This document shows, piece after piece, positions 25,502 to 38,378 of a DNA stretch of 64,000 bases. The notes below the pieces were generated by a model. It did no database searches, was not told the DNA's origin, and saw nothing but the letters and a program-made list of their open reading frames with translations. Within the stretch, counting starts at the first letter, position 1; every line of letters begins with the position of its first letter. The DNA is from Octopus vulgaris (taxonomy: Eukaryota), in assembly GCA_951406725.2 (NCBI GenBank), contig OX597814.1, positions 31,310,001 to 31,374,000 of the forward strand, in the 5' to 3' direction. The translations under genes were made by a program, and so were the position numbers.

Positions 25502-25694
25502 ACCACGTTTAACAACAGATGTTGGTGTGTTTACGTCTCAGTAACTTAACTGTTCGGCAAAAGAGTCCGATAGAATAAATACTAGGCTTACAAAGAATAA
25601 GATCTGGGGTCGAATTCTTCGACTAAAAACCCTTTAATGTGGTGGTCCAGCATGGCCACAGTCAAATGACTGAATCAAGTAAAAGAATAAAAGA

Positions 25695-25695
<1 letters not shown>
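25502..25695 (+). mobile_element. SINE family A 3' module
   Basis: CAGCATGGCCACAGTCAAATGACTGAA tail. Confidence 0.85.
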
Positions 25696-25727
<32 letters not shown>

Positions 25728-26296
25728 CGTGTGCGTGTGTGTGTCTGTCTCTGTGTGTGTATGTATGTATATATATATTCATCGATCGGATCTTCTTGAT
25801 ATTCAGTCACATGTACAGCAGAGTCTGTAAGAGAAGGTTTCTCTGATCACCGCACGATTCCCAGATTTAGCATCATATAAAACACTACGCAACAACTTGC
25901 TGGTCATATACTTTGTAATTGTTCTCCCCCCACCCCTATAAACATTTCCGCAAGATGTGTTCCTTTAACTCTACTGATACACTGAAGCTAATAGCATTGT
26001 TGTTAATTCACCGAAAGATCGAAACATCAGAACTTCAGTTAAAATCCGTTAAGGATATGTGTGTGTATGCATGCGTGTGTGCGTGTGTGCGCTTGTGAGT
26101 TTGTAGTGTGTGTGTGTGTGAGTGTGTGTATCTATACCATGTATTCATAGATATAGAGATATATATTCATATATATATATATATTATATATATGTATGTG
26201 TATATATTAATTATTATTTGAGGGAATAAAATCCAAACTTACAAGGAAAAAAATTCAATTTAGAAATACTATGTGCGTGTGTGTGTGTGTATTTGT

Positions 26297-26347
<51 letters not shown>

Positions 26348-26628
26348 TACTTACTTTGCTTTTTCTTTGGCCTGTTCGTTTGAAATTTCATGTATTTAAT
26401 TTTACCGTAGTTTTCCTTCTGACGCACAGTAGGAAGCCATGATCTTCTTCTCTATGACGGTTTCCCATCTCCTCTTAATTTTAATAATCTTTCTCTGTAA
26501 TTTTTCTCTCTATTTCTTTGCTTTTTTGTCTACCCATACAACCTTTTAGACGTTATCCGAGATTCAACACATTGCCCTCATTGCTTTGTCTCTCTCTCTC
26601 TCTCTCTCTCTTTCTCACTCTCTCACAC

Positions 26629-26660
<32 letters not shown>

Positions 26661-26702
26661 TTACACACATACACACACACAAACACAGAGACACACACAC
26701 TC

Positions 26703-26760
<58 letters not shown>

Positions 26761-27193
26761 TCTCTCTCTCTCCCCCTCCCTCTCTCTCTCTCTGCCTTTG
26801 TGTCTGTCTGTCTCTCCTGTATTGTATTTTTTCTCTTTCCTGCGCCTTAAAATCGAAGGACTTTCACTTTCTATTCAGAATTTTCGGTCTGGTCTCGTAC
26901 GTCACTACCTTTCCCCACTATTTTGAACTTGTTTTGTTTTTAAGTCAATACAATTTCCTATTTAATGTATATATTTGCTTAGCATTGTTTTTAATCTACC
27001 GCATGTCCTCGCATATCTGTTGTCGAGGTTTTTGTTCTTTTCAAAAACAACTTCACTTCCGGATTTTTCTTAAATCTAATGGTGCACTGAAACCATTTGT
27101 GTTGTTACTGTGCCGAAGTGGAAGATTTTAGTGAAAATCCGATGAGCAAAAATATATACATATTTACCGGTACATGTACATATACAAAATGAA

Positions 27194-27367
<174 letters not shown>

Positions 27368-27395
27368 ATAAATCCTTAAATCCTTAAAAATGTTT

Positions 27396-27835
27396 TAGGC
27401 GCAGCGGTCGCTGTGTGGCAAGTTGTATGCCCCCTCTATGTAACGCCTTAATGGCGAATTTTCATGAAATAAAGTCGCATACTTACCAACTACATGGTTC
27501 AGGGTTCAGTCCCACTGCGTAGCATCCGAGGAAAGTATCTTCTACTATAGCCGCAGGCCGACCAAAGCCTTGTGAGTGGATTTGGCAGACGGAAACTGAA
27601 AAGAAGCCTATATGTATATATATATATATATATACATATATGTATATGTTTGTGTCTGTTTGTCCCCCACCCCATCGTTTGACAACCGATGCTGGTGTGT
27701 TTACATCTCCGTAACTTAGCAATTAGGCAAAAAGACCGACGGAATAAGTACTAGGCTTACAAAGAATAAGTCCTAGGGTTGATTTGTTCGACTAAAGACG
27801 GTGCTCTAGCATGGCCGTAGTCAAAATGAAACAAA
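27396..27835 (+). mobile_element. SINE family A copy with interrupted head
   Basis: Head start 27396-27422, resumes at 27482; both modules present. Confidence 0.85.
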
Positions 27836-28730
27836 TACAAGAACCAAAGCATATGTATATGCATACATGTATATGTGCATGTATGTGTGTGTGTGTGTTT
27901 GTGAGCATGTGTTTCTGTGTGCGTATGTGGATGTGCGTGTGCGTATGTATCTGTGTGTGTGCATATATGGGTATGTGTGTATTTCAGTCTGTGTTCGTGC
28001 GCATGTATACATGTGTGTGTACGTATACTTACATTTATACATTTAGGGGAAGCCTACGACCTTTTATATCCCAAAGGCTTTTAACTCAAGATTTGCATAC
28101 TATTTTATATTTATTGCTTTATCTGCTTCCAGTTCAACTGCTAAAATCTAATTATGTCACGTTTCATAAAGTAGCTGGTTCATTATGACGAAAAAATGTG
28201 TCTTTGTGTGTGTTCTAACTGTGTTTTCTATGACCTATTTGTTGCTTTTCCCTTGTGTTTACGCATGTATATGTGTGTATACACACACATACACACACTC
28301 GTCTATAAATACACTCACATATATCATCATGCACACATTCACACGCATTTGCGTCAATAAAAATCAGATTAATGCTAATACTTTGATTTTTTTACTTGTT
28401 TCAGTCTGTTAGCTGTGGCCATGCTGGAGTACCGCCTTGAAAGTTTTTAGGCGAGCAAATCGCTCCCAGAACTTATTCTTTTAAGCCTAGTATTTATTCT
28501 ATTTGAATTTGATCCAAATAACTTCCTAGATGTAATTTTAACTCTATATTACCTATATGGTTTAGTAAATATACAAATGATTCCCCTAATTATATAGATA
28601 CATGTGTTATTATATACTGTATTTTTTAGATAAATTTGTAATAACTTATCTTTCATATGTAGTCTATTAAAACCATATCCCCTTAGTAATATCACTTTAA
28701 CCTAAAATACACACATACATACATATATAT

Positions 28731-28975
28731 ATCGTTTTTGAATTTGGTTTGCAAGATTCTTTATATGAGTTCGTGTGTTGAAGCATATTCTGTTGTGTCT
28801 GAGGAGAGTCATTTGTGCCTTATAATGTAACACACTCACCGGTAAAATTTCCTCTTATTTCTTATTTTTATTTTCATTTTTTAAATTTTTTAAATTTTTT
28901 ATAAATGGAAATTTTACCGGTGACTGTGTTACATTATAAGGCACAAAAAGAAAATGACTCTCCCCAGACACAACA

Positions 28976-28977
<2 letters not shown>
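28731..28977. repeat. Fold-back element between (TA)n tracts (~65-bp arms)
   Basis: 28790-28852 is the reverse complement of 28907-28976 apart from an indel and a few substitutions. Confidence 0.8.
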
Positions 28978-29034
<57 letters not shown>

Positions 29035-29058
29035 TAGATAGATAGATAGATAGATATA

Positions 29059-29181
29059 TTTCTGTAGAAGAGCGTAGGCTCGAAACGTAAAAGACTTTTT
29101 CTCTTCCTGAGCGTTATACTAATACATCTGCTTGTTTTGTACACCACCTGTCTTCGTCGTTTGTTTTTTCGTAAACTTTCG

Positions 29182-29182
<1 letters not shown>
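29059..29182 (+). mobile_element. ~125-bp element starting with a minimal HHR-like motif (second copy 53964-54098)
   Basis: TTT/CTGTAGA/A/GAGC-GTAG-GCTC/GAA/ACGT/A/AAA; flanked by microsatellites. Confidence 0.7.
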
Positions 29183-29247
<65 letters not shown>

Positions 29248-29249
29248 TA

Positions 29250-29454
29250 TTTTACTCTTTACTCTTTTACTTGTTTCAGTCATTTGACTGCGGCCATGCT
29301 GGAGCACCGCCTTTAATCGAGCAACTTATTCTTTTGTAAGCCCAGTACTTATTCTATCGGTCTCTTTTGCCGAACCGCTCAGTAACGGGGACGTAAACAC
29401 ACCAGCATCGGTTGTCAAGCGATGTTGGGGGGACAAACACAGACACACAAACAT

Positions 29455-29491
<37 letters not shown>

Positions 29492-29625
29492 TACGACGGG
29501 CTTCTTTCAGTTTCCGTCTACCAAATCCACTCACAAGAAGACACTTGCCGAAGGTGCGACGCAGTGGGACTGAACCCGGAACCATGTGGTTGGTAAGCAA
29601 GCTACTTACCACACAGCCACTCCTG
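29250..29625 (-). mobile_element. SINE family A copy (small internal deletions)
   Basis: Near-consensus modules. Confidence 0.9.
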
Positions 29626-30241
29626 TATATATAAATTCATCCACATTTTACTATCATATTGCGTAATGTAACAACTTAATTTAAATAATATAATAGAGTC
29701 AAGAAATCCTATATCATTTTCTTTATTGACTTTTACTATCCCACCTACTAATAGCTAACCTTGAATTATTTGTTTTTTTATTTATATACATTTATATACT
29801 TTTGCCTAGTTTGTTGTTTATGTTATCGGTTATCCATTAACCAACCATAACAAAGTCATGACCTTTCAAAACAATAGATGACCAATTAGATTACGGGACT
29901 GACCATAACCCTCTCCCCGCTTCCCGCAGGATTTCAGCAACTTGATAAACAAAAAGTAACGGAAAATAATAAAGTATCTCGATTAATACCTGGAAATTTA
30001 TTACTTTTAGTACCGACTAATATCACAGGTATTAATATAAACTCTCACCCACTTATTGTGAACCTTTATCTGAAGTCCTCAATAGAAAACATATCGCATA
30101 TTTATATGTATATATATATATATTGTTATATTTCGGAATGGTCATATTGCCAGTTTAGCCAATAAAAACACACGGACTATATATTTGGTTTTATTTTGCT
30201 TCAGTGTTATTTATTTTTTACATTAATCTTAATCTTATTTC

Positions 30242-30285
30242 GGCCAGAGTTCTTTCGTCACACTCCTGTGACCGCATCAGTGGTC
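30242..30285 (-). ncRNA. Minimal type I hammerhead-like motif (variant core)
   Basis: Minus strand GACCA / CTGATGC-G / GTCACA-GGAG-TGTGAC / GAA / AGAACT / C / TGGCC. Confidence 0.6.
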
Positions 30286-30645
30286 CTTTGTTTTCTTCTT
30301 ACTTATTTGTGTCTCTCCTTACTAACCGTCAGCCATTTTGTATTTCTATTGTATGTCTTCATTTGCGCAGGCTTATATCTCTATGTGCGTCTATGTTTAT
30401 TTAGTGTGTGTATGTGGGAGGATGCCTGTAATATTTGTATCATCTGTTTATATATGTTCATGTAATTTGTATTTTGATTTTGTTGTTTTTGTTTATTCTT
30501 ATTTTGTTCATGTGTTTACATCCACTTATTATTATCATTACATATGGTTGTATGTATGTATGTATGTATGTATAACAACAATACTAGTAATAATAATAAT
30601 AATAAATCGAATCGAAAAAAATCTGGCACAACAAATATTTAAATG

Positions 30646-30712
<67 letters not shown>

Positions 30713-30732
30713 ATAATTATTATAATTTGCAT

Positions 30733-30780
30733 CAGCATGGCCGCAGCTCTGAGCTGAAACTACAGCAAAAATATAAAAAG
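30733..30780 (+). mobile_element. Very short 3' tail fragment of the CR1-group LINE type
   Basis: CAGCATGGCCGCAGCTCTGAGCTGAAACT matches the LINE 3' end at 909-947. Confidence 0.6.
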
Positions 30781-30954
30781 AAAAATACGATCTGCTACAG
30801 TAATCCTCCCTTCTCAACACATGAAATATGTATGTACCTATGGGTATGTTTGCACGTGCCTGCCAAGTGTGTGCCAAAACTATTTCAGCAGACCAAAAAG
30901 ACACTGGGGCTCTAGTTGCAGAAAATCTCCTTGATTGTGTCGAGAACGATTAAA

Positions 30955-31236
30955 ACTTTTTGAAAACTTTGCGTAGGCCTCTGAGCAGGTACCGCCAAGC
31001 TTTGGGGCAAAACTCGATGCAGATTCTCTCTTCAACTTTCTCTGCCTTGATTAATATGACGATCATACGGTACACACTTTCTTTCCAAGCACGGTTGTAA
31101 ACAGTGGAAGTGAGTTAGAATGTTAAAACTTAGTGCGCATGCACAACAGAGTTCATGTCAATCTTTGCCCCAAGTGGTTTAACTCTGCGTGCTTTAGATT
31201 CGTTACTACGGCAAGAGTCCTGATGCTTATCGATTA
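30955..31236 (-). mobile_element. 5' remnant of a second mariner-like element
   Basis: Minus strand encodes frameshifted RICIEF..KLGGTCSEAYAKFSK, resembling a mariner N-terminus; TIR-like AATCGATAAGCATCAGGACT upstream. Confidence 0.55.
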
Positions 31237-31429
31237 CTCTTTTACTCTTTTACTTGTTTCAGTCATTTGAATGCGGCCATGCTGGAGCACCGCCTTTAAT
31301 CGAGCGACTCGACCCTGGGACTTATTCTTTTGTAAGCCCAGTACTTATTCTATCGGCCTCTTTTGTCGAACCGCTAAGTAACGGGGGCATCGGTTATCAA
31401 GCAATGCTAGGGGGACAGACACACACACG

Positions 31430-31463
<34 letters not shown>

Positions 31464-31604
31464 TACGACGGGCTTCTTTCAGTTTCCGTCTACCACATCC
31501 ACTCACAAGGCTTTGGTCGACTCAAGGTGCCACGCAGTGGGACTGAACCCGGAACCATATGGTTGGTAGACAAGCTACTTACCACAAAGTCACTCCTGCG
31601 CCTA
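31236..31604 (-). mobile_element. SINE family A copy
   Basis: Both modules and a tRNA-like head. Confidence 0.9.
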
Positions 31605-31626
31605 TAGATTACGTATATATATATAT

Positions 31627-31723
31627 ATCACCATGACCGACCAGGCTATCAGATGTTGCTACACATCGCTGGTCACAATGCGCTTCGCATTGTTTTAGCC
31701 TTCAAATGACGCCACCCCGTTGG

Positions 31724-31727
<4 letters not shown>
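31627..31727 (-). mobile_element. Isolated SINE D short-tail module in (TA)n
   Basis: Matches 58253-58355. Confidence 0.85.
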
Positions 31728-31780
<53 letters not shown>

Positions 31781-31854
31781 ATGTATGTATGTATGTTTGT
31801 TTGTGTGTGTGTGCGCGTGTGTGTGCGTGTATGTGTGTATGTGTGTGTGTAGCA

Positions 31855-32020
31855 CGTCGGTATTTCCTCTGTCTTTATGTTCTGAGTTCAAATTCCACCG
31901 AGGTCAACTTTGCCTTTCATCCTTTCGGGGTCGATAGATTAAGTATCAGTCGCGCATTGGGGTCGATCTAATCGACTGGCCTCCCCCACCAAATTTCGGG
32001 CTTGTACCTAGATTAGAAAA
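31855..32020 (+). mobile_element. SINE family B, 5'-truncated
   Basis: GAGTTCAAATTCC, GCCTTTCATCCTTTCGGGGTCGATA. Confidence 0.85.
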
Positions 32021-32354
32021 GTATGTGTGTGTGTGTGTGTGTGTGTAGGTATTTTGCAGCCTTCGGGCAGTCCGTGGTAGGTATAAAAAAACAATATTCT
32101 GGAAGAATAAAGATTTATTGGCGTCGAGGATTGTATGTTTTTCCTATAACAAAGTTCGATATGCTGAAAAAATTATTCATGGCTCATGATTAGCTACTTG
32201 AGTTGCTATGAACGTGAATAATAATCCAAATGGAGGGAGTGGGGCGGGTGAAATTCAGGCTACGTATGTTTCCTAGCTAGCAGATCCTCTGACGTATTAA
32301 TTATTTAACGAAGGGAGGGTAATCTGCTTGTTGCCGAATCGCCAAGCCACCCTC

Positions 32355-32495
32355 CATGAATTTCGATCTCGTAAAATCCCTCTTGCAAACCGAAATCTGA
32401 ATAGTTTTGAACAGGACTTAACCAATTTGATTAAAATTATCAAATTTAAACCCAGAGGAAGAGCTCTCGACTCTCACCTGACAAAAATCAGTTAC
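32355..32495 (+). pseudogene. Fragment of a Penelope-like element ORF (region upstream of RT)
   Basis: FRSRKIPLANRNLNSFEQDLTNLIKIIKFK resembles the recalled PLE motif FKSxxxPxxxxxLxxFExDLxxLIKNIKF. Confidence 0.6.
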
Positions 32496-32557
32496 TTAAT
32501 CAGGAAAACTCAAACGTATCTCGGTCGGAATTCTCGTCCACTGGCAACCTGTATATA

Positions 32558-32619
<62 letters not shown>

Positions 32620-32957
32620 TGCGTGAGTGTGTATGTGTGTAGCTAAAGTTGAGAACGTAATTTGATTAGTAATCTAGATACATCTACATGGGTGCGCACA
32701 CACAGATAGACTCTCAAATACAAATACGTACACTTATACTCATCAATGCATACACATGAGTGTGTACGCGCACGAGCGCGTGTATGTTTGTGCGAAGTGG
32801 GAGAGAGATATAGGGAGATAGAGACCAGAAACAGGAAACTGCAATTACTGTCCCTGGCTACTTCAGCTTTCATGAAAAAATGTTAATTATGACGTAATAT
32901 ATTATTGAATACAGCGTTACGCCCAATTTGAGTTCACATTACCATGATATACTACAT

Positions 32958-33191
32958 ATTGAGGCGGTGAGCTGGCAGAAACGTTAGCACGCCGGGCGAA
33001 ATGCGTAGCCGTATTTCGTCTGCTGTTACGTTCTGAGTTCAAATTCCGCCGAGGTCGACTTTGCCTTTCATCCTTTCGGGGCCGATAAATTAAGTACCAG
33101 TTACGCACTGGGGTCGATATAATCGACTTAATCTCTTTGTCTGTCCTTGTTTGTCCCATTGTGTTTAGCCCTTTGTGGGCAGTAAAGAAAT
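32958..33191 (+). mobile_element. SINE family B, full-length reference copy with 14-bp TSD
   Basis: TGGCAGAAACG A-box-like, GAGTTCAAATTCC B-box; ATGATATACTACAT at 32944-32957 and 33192-33205. Confidence 0.93.
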
Positions 33192-33379
33192 ATGATATAC
33201 TACATGTATAATGCGATCCCGACTTGTTATGTAAAAAAAGAAAACAATAATTTCTCGTTTCATAGAAGTTGATACTTCTGTACTGCAATTTCTTTTTCTA
33301 TTTTTAAGGAAACCAACGTAATGCCACTTCAAATTCTAAAACATAAAACACAAATACTAATATTGTTATAGATTCTGTT

Positions 33380-33745
33380 TTTGCACACTTGCTCAAACAT
33401 TTCAGCGACGGCTATGGACCAAATTTGTTCATTAAATGAATTTATCTTGGAAATCAGTAAAACTTCTGATCCTTCGTTTGAGTCACCCAATATTTTCAGT
33501 CATTTTGTCCATGTTTTTCTTGTCTGCCATACTTTCAACCAATTCTTTTCACAGTTCTGGGTAATGCCCCTACATTTTGCGTTCATACATTCTTCACTAC
33601 TTGGTATTTTCTGAAGTCGTGCTTAGAATGTTTTTCCATCACGTAATGCTGCACTCAACAACCCCAAGATTACTTGCGGTAGCACTGTTGCTCTTTTCCA
33701 ATATTTCTATAATTTCCAGTTTAAATTTTTAGTTGTACACGATAT
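33380..33745 (-). pseudogene. Decayed pogo/Tc2-like transposase N-terminus
   Basis: FKLEIIEILEKSNSATASNLGVVECSIT*WK (Brinker-type DBD-like), then HYPEL*KELVE (CENP-B HTH-like). Confidence 0.55.
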
Positions 33746-34881
33746 AGATAAGGAAAAAGAGAATGAAAATACTGGCATTTTACATAATACCCGATTACGA
33801 TCGTTTAAATAGTACATGGGATAAATAAATAATTCAACATGATGCACTGATTAGGTAATTTCATCCGATATAAAATAGAATCCAAATCAGTCATCCCATC
33901 ATGGCCTTAAGAACGATGCAACGCCTTCAAGGTCGTGATGAGCTGACAGAATTGGGTTCCATTTAAAATTGGATGAAGTAACAACGTTATTGTTTATAGT
34001 GATCCATCATGTTATATGAATTATCTAACTCAACTGTTATTGAAATGGGCGTAACTGGATGCAAAATGTAACACCAGTAGCTTCCATATTACATTCACTT
34101 CAGGTTTTACTCCATGGTTGACATAAGTCTGGATTTTAAGCTAGTGTTGAATACTTTATTCTACTGGATTAGAGTTGGTGCTAAAGTAAACCCCCATCAA
34201 ATGTATTACATACTTTGTGACACACAGCGTTATCTGAAACACATTTCCACGTCATTGATTAAGTATTTTGCCAGTGTGCTCATATTGTTACAGTACTGCT
34301 TCAGACTACCAATGAATCATTTTCACAATAAAGGCAATATATATCTGGCTGATGAATAGCTTTTATCTACAAACCGATCGCCAGGCGGATTGCAGCAGTG
34401 ATTCTACTGTTAAAGAAGACTTTAGGATTCTACAGTTAAGTTAGATGAGTTATCCTTGGAACAGCAGGCGTGCAAATTAGCACAAAAACTCTTTCTAGGG
34501 TTGAAGTTATTTATTCACATTACTACAGACGTAAATTTAATTTTGTCTGCTAATTTTGTCTAATTTTAATTTACCTGAGAAGCATCTTGAAATTAGCTCA
34601 AATTATTTAATGCTATACCAGCTCTGAACGAGTACACTTATTACCATTGAATTTCAAGCAGAGAACATACCATATTTGTGCTTATACGACTGAATTATCG
34701 CATAAGTACTACCAATGATAAAATAGCAGGGTCTATTTGAAACAGAGCTTAGCTGCTGTTTCAAGTTCGGAGCAAAATTTCTTTCGTGGTTTATGAAGGT
34801 ATAGCTAAAGGAATCAGTGATGTCGTGCATTTGAATTTTGTGAAATGTCCACCGGTTCCAGGAGAATGAGCTTATTGGATT

Positions 34882-35109
34882 TTAGTTAGTTAGTTAGTTA
34901 GTTAATTTTTTGGCTCAAAAGCAAAAAGCAAGGCCATGTAGGGGGACATGGAGTTAAGTACAGGGTGGTGTTCATGTAAAGAGTTCAGGCCACTTGAGGT
35001 CAAGGGTGACTTTGAACAAAGTGGTCGTCGGCATCTTCACCATCTCGTCTGGCAGCTTGTTCCACGGATCCGCAACCCGGACGGAGAAAGCTCCTCTCCT
35101 TCGATTGAG
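34882..35109 (-). mobile_element. 3' end of a second CR1-type LINE with (TAAC)n tail
   Basis: RRRGAFSVRVADPWNKLPDEMV...FKVTLD*, the typical CR1 ORF2 C-terminus. Confidence 0.88.
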
Positions 35110-35698
35110 TTAGTTGGAGTTCTTTATGAATATATAGGGCCAGATGAACTGATTCAAACATGTTTTATATCAAATCCATGGAAATTATCTTGCGGTTCTG
35201 ATAACGCATGTAGAGCTGATACCTGAAATGTTTTTTGTTTTCTGTATATAAATTGGGTTTCTTTATGACTACGTATGGAATAATGCGATCATGAATATTT
35301 TAATTTACACAAAAGAAACGGGGAGAGAGAGCGAGCGAGAGAGAGAGAGAGAAGATTGGGAGAGAGAGAGAGCGAGAAAGAAAGAGAGAGAGCAGGAGGG
35401 AGAAAGAGAGAGTCATAAGATTTATTTGCAGTATTTGAGAAGACACAAATCGGTTGACATATATACATAAACACATATATACAAGCAAACATGCATATGT
35501 GTATACATAGACATACATGCACGTACACACAGCCACTTACACATACAAGAACACACACACACATTCTCAAACACACACATTCACAAACACAAACATACAT
35601 ATATACGTATACCTGCATCTGCAGATGTATAGATATATAAAAATATATATAGACACACATACATAAAGAATAAATATACAAATGTATGTGTATACATT

Positions 35699-35730
<32 letters not shown>

Positions 35731-36100
35731 TGTATGTATGTATGTATGTATGTATGTATGTATGTGCAGTTTTGTATATTTCATGTACGTATTCTAATGC
35801 ATATAGTTGCATATCTAGACATGCTCATATATATTTAAATGATAAACTGCTGGAAAGTTTTACAGATTTAAACAGTTCCAGTGATGTATTGGATCTGTAG
35901 TCTTGGAATTAACTTTCTCCTTTCTGGTTTTGAGGAGGCTAATTTCTCAAGATTGGTATTTACGCAGTGTGTTACGTATCTTAGGGTCCCAATAATTACA
36001 GGTATAAACCTGAATATGTATGTATGAAAGTATGTATGTGTGGATGTATGTATATAAGAATGCACGTATGTATGTATCTATCTGTTTGTCTGTCTGTCTC

Positions 36101-36163
<63 letters not shown>

Positions 36164-36164
36164 T

Positions 36165-36346
36165 TATTTTATTCTATAGGACTAGAACGGTTTCATTCAA
36201 ATGAAATCTTCAGAGCTTCCTGAAGATTTCATTTGAATGAAACAGTTCTAGTCCTGTAGAAGCTCCTTCTATAAAATAAATTAATTTACTCTGCTATGTA
36301 TTGAGTACCTTATTTACTGTGGTTAACCACGACTCAACCCGGGACC

Positions 36347-36350
<4 letters not shown>
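36165..36350 (+). mobile_element. HHR-bearing short element with inverted 5' duplication, between (TA)n tracts (3' tail also at 39971-40033, minus strand)
   Basis: Arms 36172-36213 and 36220-36261; tail TACTCTGC.ATGTATTGAGTACC...GGGACCTAC repeated elsewhere. Confidence 0.8.
36213..36265 (+). ncRNA. Type I hammerhead ribozyme with U-U at 10.1/11.1
   Basis: GAGCTTC / CTGAAGA / T-TTC-ATTT-GAA-T / GAA / ACAG-TTCTAGTC-CTGT / A / GAAGCTC; predicted GUA cleavage after 36258. Confidence 0.78.
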
Positions 36351-36390
<40 letters not shown>

Positions 36391-36395
36391 TATAT

Positions 36396-36700
36396 GTAGT
36401 GGTTGTCTACTCCTTATGCAGAGTCTGACCACTTCTTGTACCAACACCTTAGATCCAAACGTCTGATGTAGCTTTTTAAACCAGTCAATGATTTGAAAAG
36501 ACAACCACATATATTGCATATCTGCTTTGGATCACCAAGAGCTGCAGTTAAGTCCTGATTTTGAGGATCTTAAAATGTCTTTTGAGGCCTCCGTTAGAAT
36601 TGCAGATCTTATGGCATACACGGCATTGAAAGGTGTGCACAGATATATACACAGAATATTTGGTGTATCATCTGTTTTACAAAGCTCGTCTACAGGTATC
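36396..36700 (-). mobile_element. 3' end of an RTE-type LINE encoding two C2H2-like zinc fingers
   Basis: FQCRVCHKICNSNGGLKRHF and ICNICGCLFKSLTGLKSY; 3' hairpin has the same layout as 60085-60114. Confidence 0.65.
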
Positions 36701-36899
36701 GGATACTGTATCCTATTATACAGCAGGAAATTCATTTTTCTGCATACATGTGTGGTAATCCGTTACTACCTGCGGAATTCATACAACAAACAAAATTAAT
36801 AAAAAGAGATGGAATGACCAGATTCTAATACAAATCACTACAAATGTTTCTGTACATTTTTATCAGCATGTAATTGCTGATTGCTTCATATATTATACA

Positions 36900-37304
36900 T
36901 ATTATGATCCAACAAAAGCTCCGCACCACCTTGAAATTTTAATGGAAAGAATCGACCATACTACTATCGACCATAGTACATGTTTTTAAAGCTTGTTATT
37001 TGTTGTATTGATCATATTTGGCGAACCGCTAGCATACTGGGACGTAAATATATCAACAGTGCTTTTCAAGTGGTGGTGGTGGGAGGGGGTAACATAAAAA
37101 TACACATATCCATGCGTATATAAACAACGGGAGTCTTGCAGTTTCTGTCTACCAAATCGAGACAAACAAGGCTTTGGTCTGCCTGAGGTTATAGCGGAAT
37201 ACATTAGGCCAAGGTGCTACGCTGTATGACTGAATCTGGAACCATGTAATGGAAAAGCAAGCTTCAAGCAAGCTTCTTACCGCACACACACATCTATCTA
37301 TCTG

Positions 37305-37394
<90 letters not shown>

Positions 37395-37617
37395 AATCTA
37401 TCTATCTATCTGTCTGTCTGTCTATCTATATATATATCTATAAATAACAACCTCAGGCACAGGAGTGCAGTGTGGTAAATAATTTGCTTACCAATCACAT
37501 GGTTGGGCAAGAGACTTATACCATAGCCTAGGGCTGACCAAAGCCTTGTGGGTGGATTTGGCAGATGGAAACTGAAAGTATCCCATCTTATATATATATG
37601 TGTATGTGTGTGTGTGT

Positions 37618-37667
<50 letters not shown>

Positions 37668-38378
37668 GTGTATGTTTGTGTGTATGTTTGTGCCCGAAAA
37701 ATCGCTTGGTAACGATGTTGATATGTTTACGTCCCCGTAACTTATCGGTTCGGCAAAAGATATCGATAGAATAGGTACTAGGCTTACATAGAATAAGTCC
37801 TGGGGTCGATTTCGTCGACTAATGTCGGTGCTATAGCATGGCCGTCATCAAATTACGGAAAAAAGTAAAAAAGTATAAGAGTATCTATCTGTCTTTTGTC
37901 GATAATATAAATATATGCATATCCAAATTGTGTATGTAAGAATATATACATATACGCATGGTGAGGTATGCATACATACATATATAGATATAGGCGCTGG
38001 AGTGGCTGTGTGGTAAATAGCTTGCTTACCAACCACATGGTTCTGGGTTCAGTCCCACTGCGTGGCATCTTGGGCAAGTGTCTTCTACTATAGCCTCGAG
38101 CCGACCAAAGCCTTGTGAGTGGATTTGGTAGACGAAAACTGAAAGAAGCCCGTCGTATAGATGTATATGTATATATATATATGTGTGTGTGTCTGTGTGT
38201 CCTCCCCCAACATCACTTGACAACCGATGCTGGTGTGTTTACGTCCCCGTCATCTAGCGGTTCGGCAAAAGTGACCGATAGAATAAGTCCTTGGGTCGGT
38301 TTGCTCGACTAAACGCGGTGCTCCAGCATGGCCGCAGGCAAATGACTGAAACAAGTAAAAGAGAAAAAGTTTAAGAGA
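36900..38378. mobile_element. Three SINE family A copies (36900-37285 -, 37455-37880 +, 37991-38378 +)
   Basis: Family A modules in each; 37991-38378 is close to consensus. Confidence 0.88.

Noticed and set aside
31690-31727. GCC-ACCCCGYT-GGC resembling the HDV ribozyme P3/L3 (also near 58335-58366)
   Set aside because: Could not build P1, P1.1, P2 or the catalytic J4/2, and it lies antisense to the SINE
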